A stretch of DNA of 40,150 bases from Clostridia bacterium (GCA_012841935.1 DUTS01000062.1:1-40150), one strand, 5' to 3'. Positions 25,774-34,711 are shown, counted from the stretch's first letter. Numbers and translations are program-made. Notes: a model not told the origin generated them from the letters alone.

Positions 25774-25795
25774 AAGACCACCTACTTTCCGTTAG

Positions 25796-25824
25796 TATTA
25801 TGCTCAGTTCAATAAAAAATAAAC
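25796..25824 (-). promoter_or_regulatory. Candidate forespore (sigma-G/sigma-F type) promoter of spoVAC-AD-AE
   Basis: The minus strand reads GTTTA-N17-CATAATA. The B. subtilis sigma-G consensus, as I recall it, is GHATR-N17/18-CATXHTA. The element lies about 23 nt upstream of the TTG start, directly after the sigF terminator. Confidence 0.35.
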
Positions 25825-25845
25825 AGGGTTTTTAGCTCCCTGTTT
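25811..25845 (-). terminator. Rho-independent terminator after sigF
   Basis: The minus-strand RNA reads AAACAGGG-AGCUAAAAA-CCCUGUUU followed by AUUUUUUAUU. The 5' arm overlaps the sigF stop codon. Confidence 0.65.
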
Positions 25846-26620
25846 AAGAATTATCTTTTTCCAAAAAATATTTTAATTTACACAGGGCCTGTCTTTCGAG
25901 ACGAGAAACTTGTACCTGTGAAAGATTAATAATTTTAGCTATTTCAGTCTGAGTCATGTCTTGAATAAAGCGCATAATTAAAATATCCCTTTCTTTGGCC
26001 GGTAATTTTCCCAGAGCTTCTTTGAAAATTATTTTTTCAAACCAAATTTCAGTTTCCGGATCAGCACTTAATTGATCTAAAATATAAATAGGGTCTCCAT
26101 CATCTTGATATAAGGTTTCATAAATAGAAGTAGGTTTTTGCATAGCATTTAAACTTAAAATAATTTCATCTAAACTAAGCTCAATTTCGGAGGCAATTTC
26201 CTGTAAAGTAGGTTCCCGGCCCAATTCCTCTGTAAGACTTTCTCTTTTTTTATTGATTCGATAGGCATTCTCCTTTAACGAACGACTAATTTTCAAAGGA
26301 CCATCATCCCTTAAAAACCTTCTAATTTCACCAATAATCATTGGTACGGCATATGTAGAAAATTTCACATTATAACTCAAATCAAATTTATCAATGGCTT
26401 TAATTAAACCGATGGTACCTATTTGAAATAAATCTTCGACTTCATAACCCCGACCACTAAACCTTTGTACTAAACTAAAAACTAAACGCAAATTACAATT
26501 AATTAATTTTTCACGTGCTTTTAAATCACCTGTTTTAACTTTATGTAATAATTCTTTTATTTCTTCGTCTTTTAACAATGGAAAACGAGGTAAATTCATT
26601 GCCGATAATTTTACACTCAT
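25844..26620 (-). CDS. sigF: Sporulation sigma factor SigF
   Basis: 258 aa with sigma-70 regions 2-4 (DLFQIGTIGLIKAIDKFD, YAVPMIIGEIRRFLRD, MTQTEIAKIINLSQVQVSRLE). It is the third gene of the spoIIAA-spoIIAB-sigF operon. Confidence 0.95.
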   Translation of the reverse strand: MSVKLSAMNLPRFPLLKDEEIKELLHKVKTGDLKAREKLINCNLRLVFSLVQRFSGRGYEVEDLFQIGTIGLIKAIDKFDLSYNVKFSTYAVPMIIGEIRRFLRDDGPLKISRSLKENAYRINKKRESLTEELGREPTLQEIASEIELSLDEIILSLNAMQKPTSIYETLYQDDGDPIYILDQLSADPETEIWFEKIIFKEALGKLPAKERDILIMRFIQDMTQTEIAKIINLSQVQVSRLERQALCKLKYFLEKDNS

Positions 26621-26630
26621 TAAAATTACC

Positions 26631-27083
26631 CTACGAGACTGCCGAATTTTTTAAGGCTGTACTTATTTTTTTGCGTAAAATTACTTTAGTTCCATGGTTT
26701 ATTCGGGATTCTACCTTTACTTCATCCATAAACGACTGCATAAATACAAACCCTAAACCGGTTCGTTCCGGGTCAGTTGAATAAGCCGGTTCCATAGCCT
26801 GTTCAATGTTATGGATTCCTATACCCTGATCAATAACTTCAATACAGAGAAGATCATCAGACAAAGTACCTTTTAAAATAACAATTTTATCGATTTCATT
26901 TTGATAACCATGTAAAATAGCGTTGGAAACAGCTTCGGAAACAGCAACCTTAATTTCCTCTAACTCACTTAAGGTAATTTCCAATTGAGAAACTAGAGCA
27001 GCAATGGTAACACGGGCTAAAGCAACATTTTCCCCTTTACTTAAAAATTCTAATTTTATTTGATTAGTTATTTTATTTTCCAC
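26631..27083 (-). CDS. spoIIAB: Anti-sigma F factor (serine kinase) SpoIIAB
   Basis: 150 aa of HATPase_c type (EAVSNAILHGY, DQGIGI, GLGFVFMQSFMDEV). Confidence 0.95.
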   Translation of the reverse strand: MENKITNQIKLEFLSKGENVALARVTIAALVSQLEITLSELEEIKVAVSEAVSNAILHGYQNEIDKIVILKGTLSDDLLCIEVIDQGIGIHNIEQAMEPAYSTDPERTGLGFVFMQSFMDEVKVESRINHGTKVILRKKISTALKNSAVS

Positions 27084-27438
27084 AGACTTGCCTCCTCTTC
27101 TCTATTAATTGCCATGCTTCCTCCTCGGTTTGACACACCGGCATTAAAGATATGATACCGGAAATCTCCAAAATCTTTTTGATTTTTGCTTGGGCACCAA
27201 AAATAATCATTTGTCCACCCTGTTCCTTTAAACGACGATATCTTCCCAAAATTACACCTAATCCAGAACTATCCATAAAGGTAATTTGGGATAAATCTAA
27301 TAAAAGATACTGTGAATTTGTTTCCACTAAACTATAATCAATTTTCGCTCTAATCTCATCAGCAGTAACTAAATCTAAATCCCCTAACAAACGCACTAAA
27401 AGTATATCCATTTTATTTTGTAAAATTAGTGCCATCAT
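27073..27438 (-). CDS. spoIIAA: Anti-anti-sigma factor SpoIIAA (STAS domain)
   Basis: 121 aa with the phosphorylatable-Ser motif FMDSSGLGVILGRY. SD GGGGAGGG is present. Confidence 0.93.
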   Translation of the reverse strand: MMALILQNKMDILLVRLLGDLDLVTADEIRAKIDYSLVETNSQYLLLDLSQITFMDSSGLGVILGRYRRLKEQGGQMIIFGAQAKIKKILEISGIISLMPVCQTEEEAWQLIEKRRQVCGK

Positions 27439-27466
27439 AACCCTCCCCTTTTTTAGGCTATATCTT

Positions 27467-27494
27467 GTTTCGCCATCAAAAGACTTTCTCCTGC
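27467..27494 (-). promoter_or_regulatory. Candidate sigma-H promoter with an overlapping 0A-box-like site upstream of spoIIAA
   Basis: The minus strand reads GGCAGGAGAA-...-TGGCGAAAC, that is GGCAGGA-N16-CGAAA. This is the same architecture and spacing as upstream of spo0A in this window. TGGCGAA differs by 1 nt from the 0A box TGTCGAA. Confidence 0.4.
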
Positions 27495-27526
27495 CAACTT
27501 CTGGAAAAACATTCCCGGCTTATTAC

Positions 27527-28681
27527 CTAGGAAAAAACTCCACGCAAAACCTTACCAAACATCTGCCATAAAGAACCTTTGGCTACAGATTCCTTAACAA
27601 CTAGATCAGTACGCATGAGAATTTCACCTGCTTTAACCAAAGAAATGTGACCTACTTTTTCACCCTTTTCCAAAGGGGCTGGTAGTAAAGGCATAATTTC
27701 TATTTGAGTCTCAATTTTCGTACTATCCCCACGGGGCAAAGTTATACCAACTCTTTGAACAGGTATGACCGCCACCTCATTTACTTTACCTTTACCCACT
27801 TTTACCCAACCGACAATTTCTTCAGCTTTGTAAAATTCACGAAAGGAAAATTGCGAAAAACCATAATTATAAAGGATTTTAGTCTCGGCAAAATGACCGC
27901 GGGGTACTGGAACACCCATTACGACAGAAATCAAGCGAAAGCCATCCCTTTGACAAGTACCCACAAAACAATATTGGGCCTTTTCGGTCCAACCAGTTTT
28001 AAAACCATCTGTTCCCGGATAAAACCAAAGCAATTTATTTTTGTTATCATATTGAAAAGGTCTGTTTGTTTCAGTACGAATCCGATAATGTTTAATTGAA
28101 CACATTTGCAAAAGCAGAGGATAATTAAGGGCTTCTTTGGCTAATAAAGCAAAATCATAGGCTGTTGAATAATGTTGGGGATCATGCAAACCATTACAAT
28201 TTACAAAATGAGTATTTTTCATACCTAATTCTCCTGCTTTTTGATTCATTAAATCAACAAAAGCCTGATGTGTCCCGGAAATATATTCGGCTACTGCTAC
28301 TGAGGCGTCATTTCCAGAAGCCATAGCTACCCCTAATAATAATTCATAAAATGTTAATTTTTCATCGGGTGCCAAAAAAATATGAGAACCATAATAAGAA
28401 GCTGCATGTTCACTTACAGTAACAAGATCATCTAACCCGATTTGTCCAGACTCAATAACCTCCATGGCTAAAACTAAGGTCATTAATTTAGTCATACTGG
28501 CCGGAAACAATTTTTGATGTGGTTCCTTTTCATAAAGAATCTTGCCACTATGAGCATCCATTAAAATTGCACTTTGTGCTTCTAAGGGTAATTCCACCCC
28601 ATAAAGTGAAAAAGGAACAATAAAGATTAACAAACTAATAATAATTGCCAAGCTAATTTTTTTATTAACAAACAAAAACAA
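27527..28681 (-). CDS. dacF: D-alanyl-D-alanine carboxypeptidase (sporulation PBP, DacF-type by position)
   Basis: 384 aa with a signal/anchor sequence and the S11 motifs SMTK, SGN and KTG. It lies directly upstream of spoIIAA, as dacF does in B. subtilis. The start is TTG 28681 or TTG 28675, after GGGAGGTGA. Confidence 0.88.
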   Translation of the reverse strand: MFLFVNKKISLAIIISLLIFIVPFSLYGVELPLEAQSAILMDAHSGKILYEKEPHQKLFPASMTKLMTLVLAMEVIESGQIGLDDLVTVSEHAASYYGSHIFLAPDEKLTFYELLLGVAMASGNDASVAVAEYISGTHQAFVDLMNQKAGELGMKNTHFVNCNGLHDPQHYSTAYDFALLAKEALNYPLLLQMCSIKHYRIRTETNRPFQYDNKNKLLWFYPGTDGFKTGWTEKAQYCFVGTCQRDGFRLISVVMGVPVPRGHFAETKILYNYGFSQFSFREFYKAEEIVGWVKVGKGKVNEVAVIPVQRVGITLPRGDSTKIETQIEIMPLLPAPLEKGEKVGHISLVKAGEILMRTDLVVKESVAKGSLWQMFGKVLRGVFS

Positions 28682-28762
28682 TCACCTCCCACTTATTCTA
28701 ATGTTTAATTTTTCCCCCTTCTGATAAAAATATGTAAGGAAAAATAAAGTGAGGTGATTATT

Positions 28763-28888
28763 TTGGAAAGTATCTTTGCACTTTTATTAACTATTATTTT
28801 GGCTGCCAGTACTCTTTATCTATTTATTGGTTTTGTAGTTTTTCCCTTAATTAAAATCTACAAGGAAAATAAACGCTTAAAACAATAA
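28763..28888 (+). CDS. Possible 41-aa single-TM micro-protein (not in the ORF track)
   Basis: My translation from TTG 28763: (M)ESIFALLLTIILAASTLYLFIGFVVFPLIKIYKENKRLKQ*. GAGGTGA lies 5-6 nt upstream. The ORF fills the 195-nt dacF/pdp gap, and its 3' end overlaps the convergent pdp stop by 12 nt. Confidence 0.35.
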   Translation: MESIFALLLTIILAASTLYLFIGFVVFPLIKIYKENKRLKQ

Positions 28889-30205
28889 TTCTGTACCAGC
28901 TTTAGTAATTCGAGCTCCCAAAAGCGGCTCTTTTACCGGCGGAAATTCTACAATTTCTATGGCCGTGGCTAATTGTTTTAAAACCACAGCTAATTTCTCC
29001 TGCTGATTATAATGGATAGTCAATAAAGGGTCCCCCTTTTTTATCGATTCTGCAAAAGGCACATGAATTTCCAAGCCTACAGCCAAATCAATAGAGGATT
29101 CCTTGGTTGACCTGCCAGCACCCAAAAGCATAGCAGTTTGGCCTAAAATTAGGGCATCAAGCTTTCCTAAATAACCTGTCCGTGAAGCCTTTAGCACATA
29201 CTGATTTTTAGCCTGCGGCAAAAGTGAAAAATCATTTATTACTTGCGGATTGCCGCCCTGTTCACTAACCATTTGTGCAAACTTTTCTAGAGCCTTGCCA
29301 TTTTCCAACAATTCTTCAAGCAGATGATAGCCTTCTTTAAAATTTCGAACGCGATTAACTAAAATTAACATATTAGTCCCTAAATATAAACAGAGGTCTC
29401 TTAATAAACCTCTTTTTTTATTTTGCAAAACCAATAGGGCCTCTTTTACCTCTAGAGCATTACCAACAGCCATACCCAAAGGCTGATTCATATTAGTAAT
29501 AATGGCAATAGTTTCACGAGATACCTTTTCCCCGATTTCCACCATTATTTCACCTAATTTCAAAGCAGTTTCCCGAGTCTTTAAAAAGGCACCCCTTCCA
29601 TATTTTACATCCAAAACAATTTTATCCGCACCAGCAGCTATTTTTTTACTCATAATACTTGCGGCGATTAATGGTAAGGAATCCACGGTTCCAGTTACAT
29701 CTCGTAAACCATACATTTTTCTGTCAACTGGTACCAAGTCTTTACTTTGTCCGGCAATCGCCAAATTAATCTTTTCTACTTGTTTGAGAAAATCGTCTTT
29801 TAAAAGGGCAGTCGAAAAACCAGGAATACTTTCTAATTTATCAAGAGTGCCCCCAGTATGACCCAGGCCACGTCCCGACATTTTAGCTACTGGCACACCA
29901 GCAGCAGCCACTAAAGGTGCTAAAATTAAAGTAGTACTATCTGCTACCCCTCCAGTACTATGTTTATCAACTTTTAAACCTGGTAAATTTGCTAAATCCA
30001 TTTTTTCACCAGAATTAACCATCGCCATAGTTAAATTAACTATTTCCTCTTTTGCCATTCCCTGAAAAAAAACAGCCATACAAAAAGCCGCCATCTGATA
30101 ATCAGGAATTTTACCCTGAGTATAATCATTAACTAAATATACTATTTCCTTTTTAGTTAAAGCATGGCCTTCTCTTTTTTTAAGAATTAAATCTACAGCT
30201 CGCAT
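28877..30205 (-). CDS. pdp: Pyrimidine-nucleoside phosphorylase
   Basis: 442 aa with the family signature (MRAVDLILKKREG..., VDKHSTGGVADSTTL, SGRGLGHTGGTLDKLESIPG). Confidence 0.95.
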   Translation of the reverse strand: MRAVDLILKKREGHALTKKEIVYLVNDYTQGKIPDYQMAAFCMAVFFQGMAKEEIVNLTMAMVNSGEKMDLANLPGLKVDKHSTGGVADSTTLILAPLVAAAGVPVAKMSGRGLGHTGGTLDKLESIPGFSTALLKDDFLKQVEKINLAIAGQSKDLVPVDRKMYGLRDVTGTVDSLPLIAASIMSKKIAAGADKIVLDVKYGRGAFLKTRETALKLGEIMVEIGEKVSRETIAIITNMNQPLGMAVGNALEVKEALLVLQNKKRGLLRDLCLYLGTNMLILVNRVRNFKEGYHLLEELLENGKALEKFAQMVSEQGGNPQVINDFSLLPQAKNQYVLKASRTGYLGKLDALILGQTAMLLGAGRSTKESSIDLAVGLEIHVPFAESIKKGDPLLTIHYNQQEKLAVVLKQLATAIEIVEFPPVKEPLLGARITKAGTELLF

Positions 30206-30220
30206 GTATTCCTCGCCTCC

Positions 30221-31120
30221 TTATGCCCGTGGATGAGTTTTTAAATAAATTTCCCGCAGCTTATTTTTTGTTAAATGTGTATAAATTTGTGTGGTAGCTA
30301 TATCTGTATGACCCAACAATTCCTGTACCGAACGCAAATCCGCACCATTAGCTAAAAGATGTGTAGCAAAAGAATGACGTAAAGTATGGGGAGTAATTTC
30401 CTTACTAATCCCTACCTGCTGTGCCCACTTTTTAACAATTTTCCAAAAACCTTGTCTGGTTATTTGCCGACCATGACAATTAAGAAATAACCCTTTTTCT
30501 TTTGGATTTTTGATTAATTGCGGTCTTCCCTTATTCAAGTAAACACTCAAACTTTTTAATGCTATCTCACCTAAAGGAATAATTCGCTCTCGATTGCCTT
30601 TCCCCAGACAGCGAATATAGCCTAATTCTAAATTTAGGTTCGCCTGTGTCAAAGTTACCACTTCTGATACCCGCATCCCAGTAGCATACATCAATTCTAA
30701 CATAGCCTTGTCCCTTAAAACTAAAGGTTGGGTACCTTGGGGACCAGCCAAGAGTTTTTTAACTTCAATTTCACTTAATACCTGAGGTAATTTTTGTGGT
30801 AATTTGGGAGTTTCCAAATAAATAGTGGGATCTTTTTTTAAATAACCTTCTAAACATAAATACTTAAATAAGCCTCTTAAGGAAGCAAGTTGACGAGCAA
30901 TGCTTACAGGGGAATTACCTTGTTGACGTAAATAATAGCCATAACCAGCCAATAAATTTTGTTCAATATCTTCTAAAACAACTATTCTTTTTTCTTTTAA
31001 ATAAGCATTGAACTTTTTTAAATCATTTTCATAGGCTTCCAAAGTATTAACTGCCAGTCCTTTTTCTACGCGTAAATAAATTAAAAACTCCTCAATCATA
31101 GAAATTAAAATAATAATCAC
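30221..31120 (-). CDS. xerD: Site-specific tyrosine recombinase XerD
   Basis: 299 aa with the R-H-R-Y catalytic set (ATGMRVSE, LRHSFATHLL, GHTDIATTQIYTH). GTG 31120 forms a GTGA overlap with the spoIIM stop. An alternative start is ATG 31099. Confidence 0.92.
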   Translation of the reverse strand: MIIILISMIEEFLIYLRVEKGLAVNTLEAYENDLKKFNAYLKEKRIVVLEDIEQNLLAGYGYYLRQQGNSPVSIARQLASLRGLFKYLCLEGYLKKDPTIYLETPKLPQKLPQVLSEIEVKKLLAGPQGTQPLVLRDKAMLELMYATGMRVSEVVTLTQANLNLELGYIRCLGKGNRERIIPLGEIALKSLSVYLNKGRPQLIKNPKEKGLFLNCHGRQITRQGFWKIVKKWAQQVGISKEITPHTLRHSFATHLLANGADLRSVQELLGHTDIATTQIYTHLTKNKLREIYLKTHPRA

Positions 31121-31734
31121 CCCTTAAAACGTGGAAACAATTTAATAAAAATTGGGGAAAAGTAACCTTCAATTAAGGCAGAACCTAATAATAAACCCAT
31201 TAAGCAAAACATAATGAAAAGATATTCACCCAAACATTGTGACATTTTAGTGGAGGCAGTTCCTTTAGATAAATAAATAGAAAAATTTACCGCAACAACC
31301 GCCCCACAAAAATAAGCAGGTAATGAAAGTAAATTAGGAGGTAAAACTGCCAATAAGGCTACAACACCACCTCGCCAGGCTTGTTCTTGCAGTAGGAATT
31401 TTAAGGTAAAACCCAAAACAAAACCACGTGTAAAAATAAAAATTAAAATAAAAGGTAAACCAATAATGGTTAAACCCAAAAGAAAAAATTTACTCCAATT
31501 AATTAAATTTCTGACAACAGCTTGTCTAGCTAGAGTCGTGAAATTAGAATTAACCTCTAAATATTTCACTCCTTCTTCAAAAAGTTTATTTAAAGAAACG
31601 GTTTGTTTTTCTCCTAAAGCACTCATGCCCCAAAAGCCAAAACAAAGTCCCAACAAAAAACTTAATCCCACTAAAAGATAAATTCGCCAACTGGCATAAA
31701 AATGCTTTCTAAGCTTATATTTTATCTTCTCCAT
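31117..31734 (-). CDS. spoIIM: Stage II sporulation protein M
   Basis: It is a polytopic membrane protein of SpoIIM size and topology. ATG 31734 follows GGGAAGGGAG. The longer ORF-track start (31776) lies inside the putative promoter. Confidence 0.85.
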   Translation of the reverse strand: MEKIKYKLRKHFYASWRIYLLVGLSFLLGLCFGFWGMSALGEKQTVSLNKLFEEGVKYLEVNSNFTTLARQAVVRNLINWSKFFLLGLTIIGLPFILIFIFTRGFVLGFTLKFLLQEQAWRGGVVALLAVLPPNLLSLPAYFCGAVVAVNFSIYLSKGTASTKMSQCLGEYLFIMFCLMGLLLGSALIEGYFSPIFIKLFPRFKG

Positions 31735-31760
31735 GGCTAGCTCCCTTCCCTCTCTTTTTA

Positions 31761-31789
31761 AGAATATGAGGGACAAAGAGCAATTATAA
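31761..31789 (-). promoter_or_regulatory. Candidate sigma-E-type promoter of spoIIM
   Basis: The minus strand reads TTATAAT-N14-CATATTCT. The B. subtilis sigma-E consensus, as I recall it, is kmATAww-N14-CATAyAmT. The element lies 26 nt upstream of ATG 31734. Confidence 0.35.
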
Positions 31790-31799
31790 CATTTATCAA

Positions 31800-32987
31800 T
31801 TAGGATTGATCAATTTTACCGTAGATTCCACCTCCACCCGGAATTATTTTTAATGTACCCTGGCGACTCTTTATAATTAATGCGGCTAATTTTGCACCTA
31901 CAACTTTAGCCAAATCCTCAAAAGAGACTTGATGCAGTACCCGCATTTCTGTCCCAAATTCAGCCAAAAGTTTTTCCAATGTAACTTTACCGATTCCAGG
32001 CAAAAACTTTAAAGGAACCTGATATAAATAGGTACCCTCTACTGTGTCAACATTTTTTTCATTTACCTGTTTTTCCGCCACACTAACAATCCGGTCTAAA
32101 ACACCGATCACAAATTGCTCGGAAGTACCACATTTCGAACAAAACAATTGTGGTGGTTTCGCCAACAAAGAACAATTACATCTTTGGCAAAAACTGCGGT
32201 GATATTTGCCTAATTGAGGATCTAAGCCATAATTGGCAATTAATTTACCACTTTTACCCGCAAATAAATCCATTAAACCCTTAAATGTTGGCGAATCTAT
32301 AGCAACCTGATTATATTCACGCCCAATATTATCTAAAGAATGGGCATCCGAATTAGCCAAAAAAAACTTATCACGTAATTCCGGCAATAATAAAGCCATT
32401 TTTCGATCAGCAGAAAGACCCAATTCAATTACTTTAATTTTATTAGCTTCCCTACCAAAAACATCTTTTAAAGAAACCGCACAATTACCATACAAACTTT
32501 TATAAGGTGTAAAAACATGTGCAGGAATAAATAAACCGTCCCTTTTTTCAACTTCCTTTAATAATTGGACAGCAGTTAAATAACAAACCTGACTACTTAA
32601 AAATTTATTTTTTACTTTAGTCCAAATATAATGAGAAAAATCTTTTAATTTATCTAAATGAGGAAAAAAACATAAATAATGGGCCCGTCCGCCCTCTTTT
32701 TCTATTGTTTCCAATTCCATCCCGGCAAAAAGCGTAATTTTATCTCGGTATCTCCAACCTCCTTTTTTTAAAGCAAGTAATTCACCTTTGAGGAGCATTT
32801 CTTCTAAATCAGCTAAAACACCGTAAGTACCACAATCAACCACCCCTACTAAATCAATTCCCTTTTTTTCCAGACATTCTTTTAAAATATTAGGTAGAGT
32901 TAATTGCGGGCTAGCTGTTATTTTAACTGGTCTACCTTGACTATCTTTACCAATATGCACATGTAAATCTAAAAAATAAGTTTCCAT
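31800..32987 (-). CDS. Endonuclease Q-like PHP-domain protein (TIGR00375-type)
   Basis: 395 aa. It has an N-terminal PHP metal motif (DLHVHIG), a CxxC...CxxC zinc finger (FCQRCNCS...FCSKCG) and a C-terminal helix-hairpin-helix (LPGIGKVTLEKLL). Confidence 0.65.
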   Translation of the reverse strand: METYFLDLHVHIGKDSQGRPVKITASPQLTLPNILKECLEKKGIDLVGVVDCGTYGVLADLEEMLLKGELLALKKGGWRYRDKITLFAGMELETIEKEGGRAHYLCFFPHLDKLKDFSHYIWTKVKNKFLSSQVCYLTAVQLLKEVEKRDGLFIPAHVFTPYKSLYGNCAVSLKDVFGREANKIKVIELGLSADRKMALLLPELRDKFFLANSDAHSLDNIGREYNQVAIDSPTFKGLMDLFAGKSGKLIANYGLDPQLGKYHRSFCQRCNCSLLAKPPQLFCSKCGTSEQFVIGVLDRIVSVAEKQVNEKNVDTVEGTYLYQVPLKFLPGIGKVTLEKLLAEFGTEMRVLHQVSFEDLAKVVGAKLAALIIKSRQGTLKIIPGGGGIYGKIDQS

Positions 32988-32988
32988 T

Positions 32989-33567
32989 TCAATTACTGCG
33001 CATCCTTTCCAATAACCATAAAATTCCTAAGACTGTTTTACCGTCCTTAATTTCACCACATTTAATCATTTGTTCAAGTTTACTTAAATAAATTTTCTCA
33101 ACAGTAATTATTTCACCTGGTTCAGGTTCTTGTTGAACTTTAAGTAAATCCATAGCTAAATAAAGGTGCATATATTCACTACTAAAACCCGGAGCAGTAT
33201 AAAAGGAGGCCAATTTTTCCCAGGAACGTGCCAAATATCCGGTTTCTTCTTTTAATTCCCTTTGGGCACAAACTAATGGGGCTTCATCCTGTTCTAATTT
33301 ACCTGCCGGTAATTCATATAAAATCCTTTGAATCGGATAGCGGTACTGTTTTACTATTAAAACCTCTTGTTTTCTGGTGAGTGCTATGATGGTCACAGCA
33401 CCAGGATGAATAACCAATTCACGTGTTGAAAGATGACCATCTGCTAACTCTACTTCATCAACATAATAATGCAAAAACGTTCCTTTTACTTCCCTGATTC
33501 TTTTTTTAAATTTTTCTTGCAAATCTATTTCCCCCAATTCTCCTAAAATATCTTCAGACCTGCTCAC
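32989..33567 (-). CDS. nudF: ADP-ribose pyrophosphatase (Nudix hydrolase NudF-type)
   Basis: 192 aa with the Nudix box GKLEQDEAPLVCAQRELKEETGY. The GTG start follows GGGGA. Its stop is 1 nt from the next gene's start. Confidence 0.85.
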   Translation of the reverse strand: MSRSEDILGELGEIDLQEKFKKRIREVKGTFLHYYVDEVELADGHLSTRELVIHPGAVTIIALTRKQEVLIVKQYRYPIQRILYELPAGKLEQDEAPLVCAQRELKEETGYLARSWEKLASFYTAPGFSSEYMHLYLAMDLLKVQQEPEPGEIITVEKIYLSKLEQMIKCGEIKDGKTVLGILWLLERMRSN

Positions 33568-33665
33568 TAAAATTCCCCATTCATGAAACCTAAAAACTGT
33601 ACAGCAAATTTAGAATTAACCGACTTTGAAAGAGATTAAATTAGACGAATACAGCTATGAAGCTA

Positions 33666-33694
33666 ATTATATCATCTTTATCGAAATTAATTAA
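33666..33694 (-). promoter_or_regulatory. Candidate sigma-A promoter for nudF/endoQ-like operon
   Basis: The minus strand reads TTAATT-N17-TATAAT with an extended -10 TG (TGATATAAT). It lies about 100 nt upstream of the GTG start. Confidence 0.3.
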
Positions 33695-33702
33695 GCACCG
33701 AA

Positions 33703-33731
33703 TAGAAATATAACCTAGCTTACGATATAAT
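33703..33731 (+). promoter_or_regulatory. Candidate sigma-A promoter for the HAD hydrolase gene
   Basis: TAGAAA-N17-TATAAT, 33 nt upstream of ATG 33765. SD AAGGTGA is present. Confidence 0.35.
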
Positions 33732-33764
33732 AAAAAAAATGCCTACAAAAAAGGTGAATTAATT

Positions 33765-34682
33765 ATGATTATCCCCAAAATGCTTGTTTTGGACCTAGAT
33801 GGGACTCTCCTTGATGATCAAAAAAAGATAAATCCGAAAAATCTAAAATTACTTCGGCATTTAAAAGAAAAATACCCACAACTATTACTTAGCATTGCTA
33901 CTGGCAGGTCTTATCTAATATCCAAAAATTTTGCCCAAAAATTAAAAGCCGATTTTTTAATTACCGATGATGGTGGAGCTATTTACAAAAGAATTAATCA
34001 AAATAAGTATAAATTAGTACAAGCTTTTTGTCTTCCCGAAAAAGCAAGTTATTCTATTTATCAACTACTACAAAAACAAGCAGTCCTTAATTCTAATTTA
34101 ACCTGGTGTATGATTACTGGACTAATTCAATATAATGCATTGCTTAGTGATAAAAAAGGAACCTTGCAAAAAATAAACCAAGCCTTTTGTCCCACAGAGA
34201 AATTAGAACAAACCAATCTTTTAATATTCAATGACTTTAAAACCCTTAAAGAATTAGGTCTAAACACACAAATTATAAAGATTATCACATATTTTGGCCA
34301 GACAAAACTAGGAAGACAACAAAGTGATGAATTTAAACAACATTTGCATAATTATCAACTTGACTGCCTACAGCCTCTTGAAAATTTATTCACAATTCAT
34401 CCTTTAGGGGTAAACAAAGGTAGTACCTTACAATATCTACTTAAAGACCTAAAAAAAATAAAACCGACGGAAGTAATTACCGTCGGCAATGATTATAATG
34501 ATTTAAACATGTTAAAACTAAAAGGCTTTCATCACTATTGTCCCTCTAATGCTGCTCCAGAAATAAAAGCCCTTCAAGGAATAACTATTTTAAAGCAAAC
34601 TAATAATCAACCTTGGTTAAAAGAGTTACTTATTCATTATTCCAGAACTAAACACACGTTAACCCCAGGTCATATAAGATAG
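33765..34682 (+). CDS. HAD-superfamily hydrolase, Cof-like (IIB)
   Basis: 305 aa with HAD motif I (LVLDLDGTLL) and motif IV (GNDYNDLNML). The cap region between them is large. Confidence 0.85.
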   Translation: MIIPKMLVLDLDGTLLDDQKKINPKNLKLLRHLKEKYPQLLLSIATGRSYLISKNFAQKLKADFLITDDGGAIYKRINQNKYKLVQAFCLPEKASYSIYQLLQKQAVLNSNLTWCMITGLIQYNALLSDKKGTLQKINQAFCPTEKLEQTNLLIFNDFKTLKELGLNTQIIKIITYFGQTKLGRQQSDEFKQHLHNYQLDCLQPLENLFTIHPLGVNKGSTLQYLLKDLKKIKPTEVITVGNDYNDLNMLKLKGFHHYCPSNAAPEIKALQGITILKQTNNQPWLKELLIHYSRTKHTLTPGHIR

Positions 34683-34711
34683 AGGCAGGCTCACTAACCT
34701 GCCTCTTTTTT
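34681..34711. terminator. Bidirectional rho-independent terminator between convergent HAD gene and spo0A
   Basis: AGAGGCAGG-ctcactaa-CCTGCCTCT followed by TTTTTT on the plus strand. The 9-bp GC-rich stem sits between the two stop codons. Confidence 0.8.

Noticed and set aside
30221-31120. A tyrosine recombinase as a possible marker of an integrated mobile element
   Set aside because: Its sequence and context (between spoIIM and pdp, GTGA-coupled to spoIIM) fit chromosomal XerD. There are no flanking repeats, phage genes, tRNA target or compositional shift.
33568-33764. The 197-nt nudF/HAD divergent intergenic region as a possible small RNA or riboswitch
   Set aside because: It contains plausible divergent sigma-A promoters and only short AT-rich palindromes (TGTACA, TTAATTAA). 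There is no stable stem-loop, terminator or recognisable riboswitch core.
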